Below, in pieces: positions 25,696 to 38,678 of a stretch of 64,000 nt of DNA. Source of the stretch: Heptranchias perlo (Eukaryota); NCBI RefSeq assembly GCF_035084215.1, contig NC_090330.1:28582001-28646000 (forward strand), in the 5' to 3' direction. The translations under genes were made by a program, and so were the position numbers. The notes under the pieces were generated by a model. That model ran no database searches, was not told the origin of the DNA, and saw only the letters and a program-made list of their open reading frames with translations. Within the stretch, counting starts at the first letter, position 1. Each line of letters opens with the position of its first letter.

Positions 25696-28584
25696 AGATG
25701 AAATTTAACACAGAGCAGTGATTCATTTTGGTAGGAAGAATGTGGAGAGGCAATATAAACTAAATGGTACAATTTTAAAGGTGGCGCAGGATCAGAGAGA
25801 CCTGGGAGTGTACGTACACAAGTTTTTCAAAGTGGCAGGACAAGTTGAGAAGACTGTTTAAAAAGACATAAGGAATCCTTGGCTTTATTAATAGAGGCAT
25901 AGGGCTCGATATTAGGAGGGCGGCAGGTTCGCGGCGGAGGGGCGACCCACGCGCCCGGTGAAATCAGTCTGCCCCGCGCGCGATCGCAGCCTAATTGGAT
26001 CCACTTACCTGGTCTTCCGGGTTCCCCGCTGCTGAGCTGCGCGTCGGGCTGACTGCGCATGCGCAGTAAGGCCTGTCAGCTGGAGGAGCTCTATTTAAAG
26101 GGCAGTCCTCCACTGACTGATGCTGCAAGAAATAGGAAAAATTACAGCATGGAGCAGCCCAGGGGGAAGGCTGCTCCCAGGTTTAATGATGCCTGACTCC
26201 AGGTATCATTGGATGGGGTGAGGAGGAGGGGGAGGACAGAGATCTTCCCCCCAGCGGGCGGGAGGAAGCGGCCTGCCTCTGCCACCAAGAAGGCCTGGCT
26301 TGAGGTGGCAGAGGAGGTCACCTGCACCACCAACATATTGCCCACCTGCATACAGTGCAGGAGGCGCTGCAATGACCTAAGTAGGTCAGCCAAAGTGAGT
26401 ACACTTACTCATTCCCCTACACTCCGTCTGCCACATCACCGCCCCCACCCCACATCTCCTTCTCCACTGCCAACACTACTCTGTCACATCACCCCTCACA
26501 CTCACTCAAACCTCATCCTCATCTTACCTGCACTTACTCACCTCGCCAGTACTCATCCTGCCACTACCACTCAACCCAATCCTCATACAATCTCATGGCT
26601 CTTTCTCATACTCACCCTCTCATGCATCTTTTTCACGGTCAGCCTCATTCAACCTGCCACTACCTGTGCTGCAGCCACAGGGCATGCATCACATATGTGC
26701 AGTAGGAAGCGTATGGCAAACGTGTTGTGAGCATGAAGGGGATGCACAAGGGTGTTTGAGGGTTTGTCATGGTTTTTACTTATATTAATTTCTGACCAAC
26801 TCACATCACATATTATATTGGCACCACTACTGCCACGTCTTTGCGAATCCTGTCTGGTTTGTGCAATAATGCCCTTTCCTGAGGATCACAATGAAGACCC
26901 ACCACTGATGCCACCCATTGTGTCACTGCAGAATGGGTGTAGATGTATTTGCAGGGCTCTTTTGTGCAGACGACTGAGAGACATCGGCGATGTCCCCGGT
27001 GGCACCCTGGAAGGATGCGGAGGAGAAGTTGTTGAGGGCAGTGGTGATTTTGACAGCGACAGGCAAAAAGATGGTGCTCGGGCCAGCCGGGAGCAGCTCG
27101 GCATGAAGAAGGCTGCAGATGTCCACGACTACATGTCGAGTGACTCTGAGCCTCCGTGTGCACTGCTGCTCAGAGAGGTCCAGGAAGCTGAGCCTCGGTC
27201 TGTGGACCCTGTGGCGAGGGTAGTGCCCTCTGCGAAGCATCTCTCTCTGCGGTTGCCCTCCCTTCTGCTGTGCAGGTGGATGTGTCACAGCACTGTGTTG
27301 TGGAGCTCCACGTGTCAGAGGTGGACGGCGTGGCCGGCGAGGCTGGTGATGCTGTTCACCCTCCGAGGAGGTCATGACTGCAACTACGGCGGCCCCCATC
27401 CGGAAGATGTACATCTGAGGGGGTCTGCAAGGTAGGTACATGTGTCTGGACCCCGGGGTAAGTGTGCATGTTGGTGAATTTGATTGTTAGGAGGAGGGTG
27501 GTGGAGGCTAAACTTTGTCCAAAGTGACAGAGTGGCCTCCTGCAATGAGTGAGGGTCTCCCCACCCCCACACCACCTGTCAAATGGACCTTTGCAGCTGC
27601 CACAGGCTGATAGCTGCAACATGTCCATTTCAACTGGGAGCATTTCCCCCAGTACGGGAAACCGTCCCAATTGTTTGTAAAATACCACCCCTCCTGAAAT
27701 ATTCCCTTAATCAGATCTGTTAACGACCTGAAATGCCTACATAAATACTGTCAAGTGGCACCAAGCCGGCTTTAATTGCCTGCGGGAGTCCCACATGCGG
27801 GGGCTGCGCGCGCACGTCAGCGCGTCTGTGGGGAACCCGGAAGTGGGCGGGTTGGAGCCGGGCTCCTGACCCGCTCCGGGATTCCCCGATTTTCGGAGCC
27901 CCCCCCCCCCCCTGCCAGGAATGCACCCGATAGCGGGTGCTAATATCGGGCCCATAGAGCACAAAAGCAAGGAAGTTATGCTAAACCTTTCTAAAACACT
28001 GGTTAGGCTCCAGCTGGAGTATTGTGGCCAATTCTGGACATCACACTTTAGGAAGGATGTCAAGACCTTGGAGAGGGTGCAGAGGAGATGTACTAGAATG
28101 GTACCAGGGATGAAAGACTTCAGTTATGTGGAGATACTGGAGAAACTGGGGTTGTTCTTGGAGCAGAGAAGGTTAAGGGGAAATTTGATAGAGGTGTTCA
28201 AAATCATGAAGGGTTTTGATAGAGTAAATAAGGAGAAACTGTTTCCAGTGGCAAAAGGGTCGGTAACCAGAGGACACAGATTTAAGGTAATTGGCAAAAG
28301 AACCCAGAGGCAATATGAGGATAAAAAATTTTGCGCAACTAGTTGTTATGATCTGGAATGCACTGCCTGATAGGGTGGTGGAAGCAAGTTCAATAATTAA
28401 TAACTTTCAAAAGGGATTTGGATAAATACTTGAAGTAGAAAAATTTGCAGGGCTATGGGGAAAGAGCAGGTGAGTGGGACTAATTAGATAGAATTAATTA
28501 GTTTCTATTAATTCAAAGAGCCGGCACAGGCATGATGGGTCGAAAGGCCTCCTTCTGTGCTGTATCATTCTATGATTCTATGAT
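25696..28584 (+). mobile_element. CR1 LINE 3' part split by Harbinger insertion A
   Basis: ...ggctttattaatagaggcata | gagcacaaaagcaaggaag... continues across 25902-27953; (attctatg) tail. Confidence 0.9.
25902..27953. mobile_element. Non-autonomous Harbinger copy A (subfamily A/D; Myb half +, transposase half -)
   Basis: TIR gggctcgatattag / ctaatatcgggccc; 3-bp TSD ATA. Confidence 0.95.
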
Positions 28585-29324
28585 TTGTTTTACTAAATTT
28601 TGGTTTTTGCAATTAAGCTCAGCATTAAATTACATTAAAAACCTTGATACAAAGGATATCAGTAACTATATCTCGATGCATTCTGACAGTTGAACCTGTA
28701 GCTGTGAGACTAACACATAGTTTTAACTGGATAATGCCATTTCTTGAGTCTTTTAGAGCAGGGTCAATGCAGTTCAAAGGAGAACAATTTGTCTGATAGA
28801 GGACCTTGAATGTAACTGCTCCAAAAATGAAACAATATATTGAGGTTTCATTTTGTTAGACAGAACAAACATTAAATTGAAAAGGATATGGGGCAACCCT
28901 CTATTGAATTTAGATTTGTAGCTTTCTGTAGCCATTTGGGACTCAAGGAAATACAGTATAATAAGACTTCCTGTATTGATTCTGAGAACTGTAAGCATTC
29001 ATTGTTTCATATTTACCCACTGTTACTCTCGCAGAACCCTGATATTACAAGGTGTTGGCATTGTTTCCATTTATGTTACTATAACTGTAAAACTAATTAA
29101 AAAATATACCACTCATGATTAGTTGATTTTTATGGAACTGGGAGACTATCCTTATGACCTTATTTAAGGGGGCACACTAGTTCCAACTTCAGTGCTTAAA
29201 ATCTCTATGGTTGTAATTGTTTATAATCTGTGCAAGAACAGGGTACTCAGAACTGGAAAAAATAGATTTATTTCACTAGCTTGAAAACCAATGAAGAAAA
29301 ATAAATATTTTTTCTGTTTTGCAG

Positions 29325-29421
29325 GATCAGCTGCCAGATCCGACCTCCTCAGTCCTGAACTTAGCCTAAGAGCTAAGCAACATGCCATCAGCATTAACCA
29401 GACACTACATGTGACATGCAG
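29325..29421 (+). CDS. flt1: VEGF receptor 1, coding exon 2 (start of Ig domain 1)
   Basis: tttgcag|GA...AG|gtaatt; 97 bp; (G)SAARSDLLSPELSLRAKQHAISINQTLHVTC(R), aligns with human FLT1 GSSSGSKLKDPELSLKGTQHIMQAGQTLHLQCR (recalled). Confidence 0.92.
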
Positions 29422-31190
29422 GTAATTTTGCAATAACATTTGTACATAGAAAACATTTTAATTAGAATGGTTTCTGATTAGGCTATGCATCACTACTCAA
29501 CAAAACAGTGTTAAATAGAAAATCAGACAATATTTTGGTATTTATATGGGATGTGAAAAGTAAGATTTTAGAGTTCTTCTTACAACTGAATGTATTTCAT
29601 GCCCATTAAATATTCAGCTGAAGTAATCAGTACCCTTTGGAAGTGAATTTCCTCACTATTTTGTGTGCAATAGTGGTGTATAAATGGCGTAGGAAATTTG
29701 GGTGGAAGTCGTTCCTACCACCTGTGCGTCTTTAAAATGCTTCACATGAGTTTTCTTGTATTTTTGAGCCTTCCTACGATCCGCCCACTGAGTCCCATTG
29801 GCATTTGTATGTGTTAGAGTGAGAGCCAGCGGTGTAGCAGCTGCGAGTTTCCTGGTTTTACATTGCTATTGCCCTCTGGTAACAAAACACTTACAGCAGC
29901 TGCCAGGATCACCTGATCAAGGCAGAAGTGAGGAGTCTGTGAGCTTTAAAAATCTGGGCATTTTATACAGTGATTTCTGCAACTTGGAAGCACCCTTTTT
30001 TTTGTATTTTTGTCTACAAAGACTTACACTTGATTCTGACTGCGTCTCACAAGGTCAGCCCACCCGAAGATTTTTGGAACCCCCCCCCCATCCGTAGTCA
30101 GGGCATCTTAGGAGTAGGTATGATATTCCCAAATGAGAATGCAACTCTATGGAAGAGGAGGAGGAGGAGCAACAAAGAGAGTCAGACATCATTCAAGGAG
30201 GATACAGCTCGCCAGGCTTTAAACCCCTCAGAGAATATACAGGCAGCACAGACCAGTTCAAAATAAATTAGCTAATGATTGTACCAAAATAGAGCAGGAA
30301 TTTATATGTAATCACATTAACTGGGGCGCTAATGCACTAAAGGAATTAACACCACAAGTAAATGTTATAAAGCCTCAGCATAGCCTCTAGAATTGTACTC
30401 CACTGTACTGATTGTATATCTCAACATTTCAATTATTTAAAAAAATTACTTCTCCACATTGTCTCAAATTGCAAGTTACTCTGAGTTGCTTGTTACTTCC
30501 AAGTCCTTTTCTAAGTCTCCCTGTGCTATTGTATTTTCATCACTGCATTTTTATGTTACTCATTTTGTGCAGTGTGGAATACTTCACAATTGTCAGTATT
30601 GCATTTAATTTGTCCTATGTCTGACCAGTTGTATAATTGACCTCAATCCATCTGCAAATTGTTAATTATATCCTCTGTCACATAAGATACCTACATTACC
30701 AGCCTGCACTTCTACATGCATTCTGTTCTGTAACGTTCAGTCTATTATAAGTCCTATCATTTTAATTTGAAAAAAGATAAAGATAAATGTTGGCAGCATG
30801 GTGGAGTTCTCCACGGTTGGTGTTTGTCATTATTTCATTTTGAGATGCCAGGAGGCAGGAAGATAAAACAGGTTGCTGGGGGTTAAAAACGGCCCTAACA
30901 GGTTTGTCATTCGGTCTTTTCAGTTTGTAGATGCTGACTAGTCTGCTGTATATTTCCAGCATTTTCTGTTTTTGTTCCACATCTTCACATTTGTGGCTTC
31001 TTTTTATTTAAGATAACTAAAACACACGAAGAAAGCATGTGCATAGGTTTGATTTTTGATTGCACATTCAGGTCAGTAATATGGGTATATTGAAGCTTCG
31101 GTGTACTGGCGATATTTCTGAGCTAATCTGATTCCTTTTCAAAGAAAAAATAAACTAGACTATGTAATGTTTATCTTTTTATTTCTACAG

Positions 31191-31408
31191 GGGATCATCA
31201 CCAATATCATGGTCTTGGCCAGATCATGTAAATAACGGCACTGAAAGACTAAGTATAATTAACTTTAACAGTGGGGACAACGATAGGCCTTACTGTAGTA
31301 ACCTGACTTTAAGCAAAGCTCAGGCTAAAGACACCGGCTACTATTACTGCAATAGCTCATCTTCAAATGTTCGACAAAAAAAGACTGCAGTCTATATATT
31401 TGTCAAGG
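31191..31408 (+). CDS. flt1: VEGF receptor 1, coding exon 3 (Ig domain 1)
   Basis: ttctacag|G...G|gtaaga; 218 bp; GSSPISWSWPDHVNNGTERLSIINFNSGDNDRPYCSNLTLSKAQAKDTGYYYCNSSSSNVRQKKTAVYIFVK; Ig DTGxYxC motif; phase fits exons 2 and 4. Confidence 0.93.
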
Positions 31409-31625
31409 GTAAGACAAACGTCACAGTTATTATTGGTTTACAAAGATCCTTTATGTTTCTGCTAAGTTTATAACATCATTTTACATTCAATGATTTATTA
31501 ATTTTGTTAGAAATAAAATGTTAAAAAATAAGGACTAGGTAGATGCAAGTTAGCAGTTCGGATTTACACTGAATTTTTAGTAACATCCAATATGGAGGTT
31601 TAAGCAAGGACATATATAGTAGGAC

Positions 31626-32097
31626 CATACAACCATAGAAATTAACAGCACAGAGGGGCACTGGGTCTATTGTGTCAGTGCCAGCTGTCTGCTGGAGCAA
31701 TCTAAAACTAATCCTACTGCACTGTTCTCTCTCCATAGTCGTGTATCTTCCTCTGCTTAAAATATTTATCCAACTTTCCCTTAAAAGATGCAGTGGTCTC
31801 TGCCTCATATACCCTCTGTGGCAAAGCATTCCATTCTCCAAAAACCTTCTGCATGAAGTCATTTCTCTTAACCTCTCTCCTCATTCTAGTGACAATTTTA
31901 AATTGATGACTACTCATCACTGACTCCCCATCAAGAAGAAATAATCTTTCCCTATACATTCTATCAAAACTCTTCATAATTTAAAAAAAAACTCTATTAA
32001 ACCTCCTCTTAGCCTTCTCAGCGGCAATGGAAATAGTCCCAGTATCTCAAATCTCTCCGCATAGCTGTAGTTTCCCATCTGTGGCATCATCCTGGAG
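31626..32097 (-). mobile_element. Old CR1 3' fragment
   Basis: ORF 31714-31977 with WNALPQRVYEAET...FKGKLDKY. Confidence 0.8.
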
Positions 32098-32559
32098 CAT
32101 CACTGTTGTTTTACTTCTTTGTCTGTCAACATTTTTCTCCAGTTTACCTTCCTTGACTCCATCCTCATTCTCTCATAGTTGGCTTTTCTAACTAACCCAA
32201 TACTTTGGTCTTTGTACTATCTATATTTCTCAATCATTAACTTAAACCTTATTATATTGTGGTTACTACTCACTAGATGTTCTCCCATGTTTAATTTTCT
32301 TATCTGCTCTGGTTAATTTCCCATTACTAGGTCCAGCAGTGTTTTCTCTCTTCTTACATTATGGGTCAGAAAGGAGTCCAGCAGTACAGCTCCTTCCTGC
32401 CCCAATACTGGTGAATGTTCCATGAACTGGAACCCCTCCTTCCCTTGCCACGTTTTCAGTCATGCATTTACTTTCCTGATCTGTTTCTCTCTATGCCAAG
32501 TAGTACCTTTGCTGTTTGCCAAACTTCCTACTTTATCAGTGTCATCAAATTCCTCTGCC

Positions 32560-33450
32560 CAAGTTCCTTCATCGTCACCGGGTCAAAATCCTGGAACTCC
32601 CTATCTAACAGCACTGTGGGAGAACCTTCACCACACGGACTGCAGCGGTTCAAGAAGTTGGCTCACCACCACCTTCTCAAGAGCAATTAGGGATGGACAA
32701 TATATGCTGGCCTTGCCAGCGACGCCCACATCCCATGAAGGAATAAAAAAAATTATTATTTTTATTTATCAAGATATCGAGTTACATAAAAACTACAGCA
32801 CAGAAACAGGCCATTCGGCTCAACTGGTCGATGTCGGTGTTTGTGCTCCACACGAGCCTCCTCCCTCCCTACTTCATCTAACTCAGCAGACCCTTTTATT
32901 CCTTTTTCCCTCATGTGGCTATCTTGTTTTCCCTTAAATGCATTTATACTATTTGCCTCAACTACTTCTTGTGGTACCATGTTCCACATTCTTGCCACCC
33001 TTTGGGTAAAGAAGTTTCTCCTGAATTCCCTATTGGATTTATTTGCGACTATTTTATATTTATGACCTCTAGTTTTGGATTTGAGGTCCAAAACTAGAGG
33101 TCATAAATATAAAAGTGGACCCAGCACTGATCCCTGGGGTACATCGCTTCCACCCCTTCTCCAATTTGAGCACCACCCATTTTCCCTATTTGTTTTCAGT
33201 CCGTCACCCAACTTTCTATCCATGCTGTTACATTTCCTCTTACACCATATGTTGCCATTCCTTCATCGTCGCTGGGTCAAAATCCTGGAACTCCCTACCT
33301 AACAGCATTGTGTGAGTGCCTTCACCACATCGACTGCAGCGGTTCAAGAACAAGGCCTACCATCACCGCCTTCTCAAGGGCAAATAGGGATGGACAATAA
33401 ATGCTGGCCCTCTCAGTGATGCTCCTAGCCCAAGAATGAATAAAATAAAA
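32560..33450. mobile_element. Cluster of LINE fragments (two + strand family-2 tails, - strand CR1 3' end 32779-33079, older CR1 piece)
   Basis: gggtcaaaatcctggaactccct...agggatggacaat tails; TRGHKYKI...FFTQRVARMWN. Confidence 0.8.
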
Positions 33451-34119
33451 AGAAAATACACCTGATAAATACACCTGATTATTTCTAACGAGGCTCTTGT
33501 GAGACACCTAATTAATTTATATTAGAATGTAACCAGCATGTCTTTTAAGTTTGATGAATGTTAATTTATTCTATACAGGCTTTAGTTAAAAAGAATCCTC
33601 CCACTGTTTTCAGTGTATATCAGTACTTGGGAAACAGATTGTGGTAGAATTAGAATCACTAGTAGCTCTGTATTGTTTCCTGTAGCAGGACATTGTTTTA
33701 GTCAACTTCCCAAATTAGCTCCATGAGGGCCACTGACCTGCCTTTTTCCCAGGTTTAAAGTGCAAATTCTGAGTTTGTATTGTTTGTAAACACATAAACC
33801 ACACCAAACGTGCCTTCAGTTTAGACAGGAAGTGTCAACTCATACTTTAAGAATTACTCTTCTTATCAGCCACATACTTTTATAAATTATTTCTGTTATA
33901 ATTAACTAATTATTAGTAATTGCCCAGTGAAAAATACTGTGTTCTATATAATTTATAACCTCAATGCTGAATTTTGTTTCCACCATACTGGAAAATTGGT
34001 TTCCCTAATCAGCAATGAGGTCAACTAATTTACTTCTTTGTAATACTGAATCTGATCTAAACCATCTCTGGAGCTTACATAGGATTTCCTTTTTAACAAA
34101 AAAGAAATCCCCACACATA

Positions 34120-34482
34120 TTTCTTCCCTTTTTCTCCACTTCTGAATGTTCTTTGCTGGGCTGTGGTTCTACAGGTGCTCAATTGTCCACCACTAATGTA
34201 TGAGTCTTGCAAATGAATGTTGGTATGCTACAGACTGTGGGAGGCATCTCAGCCACACCTGATGTTCATACAATTTCACTTCCATCAGGCCTGCTGGAAA
34301 GTGATCAGGTGCAGGAATCTTGGCCACTGTTCCTCTCCTTAACTCGGTGGCACTGAAGCCAAGGGTAGCAACCCTACAAGCTTCTTGGTTGAGATCAATT
34401 AACTCAGTGCAGGCTGGGGATCAAACTCAGGATTTTCCTGGTCTTTATGGCTCAACTACTGACTGGTTAACCAATGAGCCAT
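34120..34482 (-). mobile_element. LF-SINE-like element
   Basis: resembles LF-SINE core recalled from memory (gagttaattgatctcaac...ttggcttcagtgcc); related copy ~35725-36040. Confidence 0.6.
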
Positions 34483-35034
34483 TGGGGGGGGGGGGGGGCA
34501 CTTGTTTTATTTTTATCAAAGTTTTTTTGGGAATTACAATAAGGAACATTGCTGTAATATTATATTTTCAACCAGGAGTCCCAAATTCAAATCTGAGACT
34601 CCAGTAGTATCCAGATCTCCTAGCTTGCCTGTATGTCTAAGGTAGGGAGTGAAAACTGATAGGAGGGATCCATGAATCATGGCACTGGGCAGTTAATGAA
34701 GGAATAATATTGACAGTATCCTACCTCCTAATAGCAATTTTGATTGAATTGCTGCCTTCCTACTCACTGCCCACCATTTAGAATTCTTCCCCCAAACTAT
34801 GAAAAGACAGAATTTGGAGACCAATATATTAACTTGAAAATGAATAGTACGGTTGTGTAGGACAAGTTGTGATGTACAGAAATACAAATTGGCTGTTTAA
34901 GGGCCAATTTACCATTCTGTTTTCATGTCATTTATTGACAACTTTTTAAAAAAACTATGAACTACACAAAGCTTTAAATTTCTTTTGTAAGTCGGGCAAA
35001 AGTAGTAACTATGAAAAAAGTATCATTGAATTAT

Positions 35035-35612
35035 TAATCCATTTACACATCCGTCTCCATCCCTGCTTCGGCCCATCTGCTGCAGAAACCCTCATGTATG
35101 CTTTTGTTACCTCCAGACCCGATTATTCCAATGCTCTCCTGGCTGGCCTCTCATCTTCCACTGTCCATAAACTTCAACTCATCCAAAACTCCGCTGTCCA
35201 TAATATTGTAAACCACACTAAGTCCTGCTGAACTATCACCCCTGTGCTCGCTGACGTACATTGGCTCCGTGTCCACCCACGCCTCAATTTTAAGTTTCTC
35301 ATCCTCATCCCTCCCTATCTCTCTAACCTCCTACAACCCTCCAAGAACTCTTCGTTCTTCTAACTCTGGACTCTTGTGCATCCTCCACCCCACCATAGCA
35401 GCCACCTAGGCCATAAGGTCTGGAATTCCCTCCCTAAACCTCTCTGACTCTCTATCCCTTTCTCCTCCTTTAAGACCATCATTAAAATTGACCTCTTTGA
35501 CCAAGCTTTTAGTCACGTGTTCGAATGTCAATTTTGTCTTATTATGCTCCTTTGAAGCGCCTTGGGACATTTTCCTATGTGAAAGGTGCTATATAAATGC
35601 AAGTTGTTGTTG
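35035..35612 (+). mobile_element. L2 LINE 3' fragment
   Basis: AETLMYAFVTSRPDYSNALLAGL...KLQLIQNSA; tail aaggtgctatataaatgcaagttgttgtt. Confidence 0.85.
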
Positions 35613-38600
35613 GTTCTCAAAGTGGATAATTATTAGTTGGATCCATGCCTCCCAGGATACAGAAGTTTTCCTAAAGCAATACAATGAATAGTATTATGTT
35701 GTTAGTTCATCTTTATTTTAACCACAGGGGACAATGCAGGTGAGCCCAGCCCTATCCTCACCCATTGTCCACACAAATAGGAACATAGGAACAGGAGTAG
35801 GCCATTCAGCCCCTCGTGCCTGCTCCGCCATTTGATAAGATCATGGCTGATCTGTGATCTAACTCCATATACCCGCCTTTGGCCCATATCTGTTAATACC
35901 TTTGATTATCCAGCATGGATAACAATGATGAATGGTAACTCTGACTGATTTTACCATAACCCAGGGGCACTGAAGCCAATTGCAACACCTCTACTACTGC
36001 CCTGTTTGAGATCAGTTAGACCAGGGATCAAAAGTGAGTCCTTGCAAATTAGGGATGTAGCTACCCGCAAAATTATTTGAATTTAAGCTATCCTACATAA
36101 AGCTTCAAAATAAATTTGAAAGAAAAATAACTTCTGTAAATAATTGTGTTTTCAAGCATGTTTATTTTGTGAAACTTAGAATTACTTCTATCTGCACAAA
36201 ATATCTCTAGTTTCATATTTTTAATTTTGCAAAGGGTCTCAGTTCAAAAAAATACTGTGGAAGAATTGCAGGACCTCAATGTACTTGTTGCTATGTACAG
36301 CTGTCACTTCCTGTTCCAGTTCTTAGCAGTGATGGGATTGAGGTTAAAGTCAGTGCCAGTCCCATAGGTATATTGCTGGCTTCAGCTGCTGGTGACACTA
36401 TGTCTACATGCAGCAATGCCCAGCAACTCTTCCTAACACTTCTCATGATCTCCACAATGAGATGGTGATTCTCAGGAAGCCACATAGCAATAATCTTTAT
36501 GGAAGTAGATTTTTTTTTCATTTTGTGCCATTTTTGAATAGCCCACAAGGGAGTAATTATTTTTGCTCCCTGGTAATGGTTGTTGAGGCCGTGTATTATG
36601 CAACAAAATAACACTTTTTTTGTATTTTAAGAATACAACGTTCCTCAAATGAAAAAAAAACAAATCCAGGCTTTCATCTGATTAAGTGGTCCTCAGGGTA
36701 TCTTTTTCCTTCTGGCTTTTTTTTTGTGTGGGATCACAGACAATAGAAATGCCTTACTCAAAATACACTGAAATAGCTAGGGAATAAGTCTGTAAGACAA
36801 AGTTGGGAATAGTCTGATTAGTTGTGAGTTATTAAATCCACTGAGAGAGAGAAGGGTTGGTCTACTCTGTAGCTTTGAACAGTAATGCCATTCCATGGTT
36901 TAAATTGCCAGTATTGTGGATTGTTGTGGGATGAGGTGATTCTGGTTTGGTTGAGAATTATGATATTAATCACAGTCCAATTAAATTGCAGTTTTTGCAC
37001 TGATGCAAAGTTATTTTGACTATACATGAATGTATAACTTGTATGTGAAGCTGCCGCATGAAACGATGTTTAAAAACAACTTATATTTTTAGACAGCTTA
37101 CTTCGCACAGAGACGTCACAGAGAACTTTACACGGCAGTGGTTAGCAAACGGACACTCAATGGAAAGGGGAGGTAGAAAGGGGGAAAAAGCTGTATCAAA
37201 AAGGATAATTTAAAGGAGGTTTTTGAAGGTGGGGGTAGAAGTAGCAAGGCAGAGATGCAGAGGGAGGGAGATAGAGGAGGGAGGGAGATAGAGGATGGGG
37301 GAAAAGTGGTTGAAAGTTTCCAGATGATCGTTAAAATTTAACCAGCATATGTATGCCAATGAGCAAAGTTCTGCACATGCTTCCAAGTACTGTTGCACAG
37401 AGCATTTTTTCTTACTAGATGGAAATTTTGGCCCAACAGTGTAACTCGGGTTTGCTACTTTCACATTGCTATAAGCAGTACTTGTAGCATTACTGCATCC
37501 TAAGATATAAGGTAGTTTATGTTTGCGGCATTTAGACTGTCCACCCAGAATAGCTGTGGCATGTGTCGGGTTTGGTTCACTTTTGAAAACCTGATAATAT
37601 TCAAACAAAAGCCAGTTGCTATTGGGCTGAGCAGTTGCAAGACCTCTGCTGTTACAAAGAAACAAGTAGCCTATTGGTATTGCGTCAGACATATGCCTCA
37701 TCACACCATTCATCTATATATTATCATTATGTTCTGTTCCTGGCACATATTCTAATTGGATCTGTGGTACAAATGAACTCAGGTAGCCATTGGGTACTTT
37801 CAGCGGCAGTGAGGCAACAGCGTCTGTGTCACTGAGATTCACAACCATGGCAAGAATAAAGCCTGTGAAGCCTCACAATACCTGGTATACTTGAGAAACG
37901 ACTTTAAAGATACCCATCTGCTTAAAGATTATGCTCAGTAATGTTTTTGAAAATATTCCCATAAATAGTATAAAATTCCAATATTTTCAAAGATTTTACT
38001 GACGTTTCAACATATTGTAAAGTAAAATTGTAGTGTGGAACACAAAATGGCCTCCAAATTCCACCATATTTCCTTGCTTGATAACTAGTTAGTGGTTTTG
38101 ATTGAAGTTCTCTATTGTTGTCACAAAATGATTGTTCTTTAACATATAGCTAGGAGATAAAAAGTTCATTGGTTTAAACGAAAAATACTTATGAACATGG
38201 TCATATTTTTACATCAGAGATTGATTTCAGGAATGCATGAGTTGAGTGTACTCTTGCTTCAGAACTTCAGAACCTGAGTTCTGGCTCTGTGATTGGTAAA
38301 AACCCAAAGGCAAAGAGCAAAGGCACACAGACCATACAGTCTTGTAAACTGACCTTTTCATCAAAGTAACAACATAATGAGGCTAGAAAAAACTTTAAAA
38401 CATAACTCCTAACTATATATGAGAAATATAAGGTTATAGCAACTATGTGGCACTTTCATTTTAAATCACACCATTTTCTTTCTAATCTCAAATACAATAA
38501 CACAGGTTTATAGTGTTTATCTTGAGCAGACACTAGATGTATTGCAAGCAAAATATTGGACTTGTGATTGAAATTTTACCAGCTTTTAAAAAAAATTTTC

Positions 38601-38678
38601 ATAGAGGTTTGCTGGGGCTTCTTTTACAGACACACCTGCCCCTTATGAAGTTAGTGGTAGGCATCCAGAAAGTACAAC

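Noticed and set aside
29630-30260. Possible old DNA-transposon remnant after exon 2
   Set aside because: No TIR pair or protein motif could be established
36305-36314. Isolated strong ETS site CACTTCCTGT (another near 44363)
   Set aside because: Single motifs are expected by chance without clustering or conservation data
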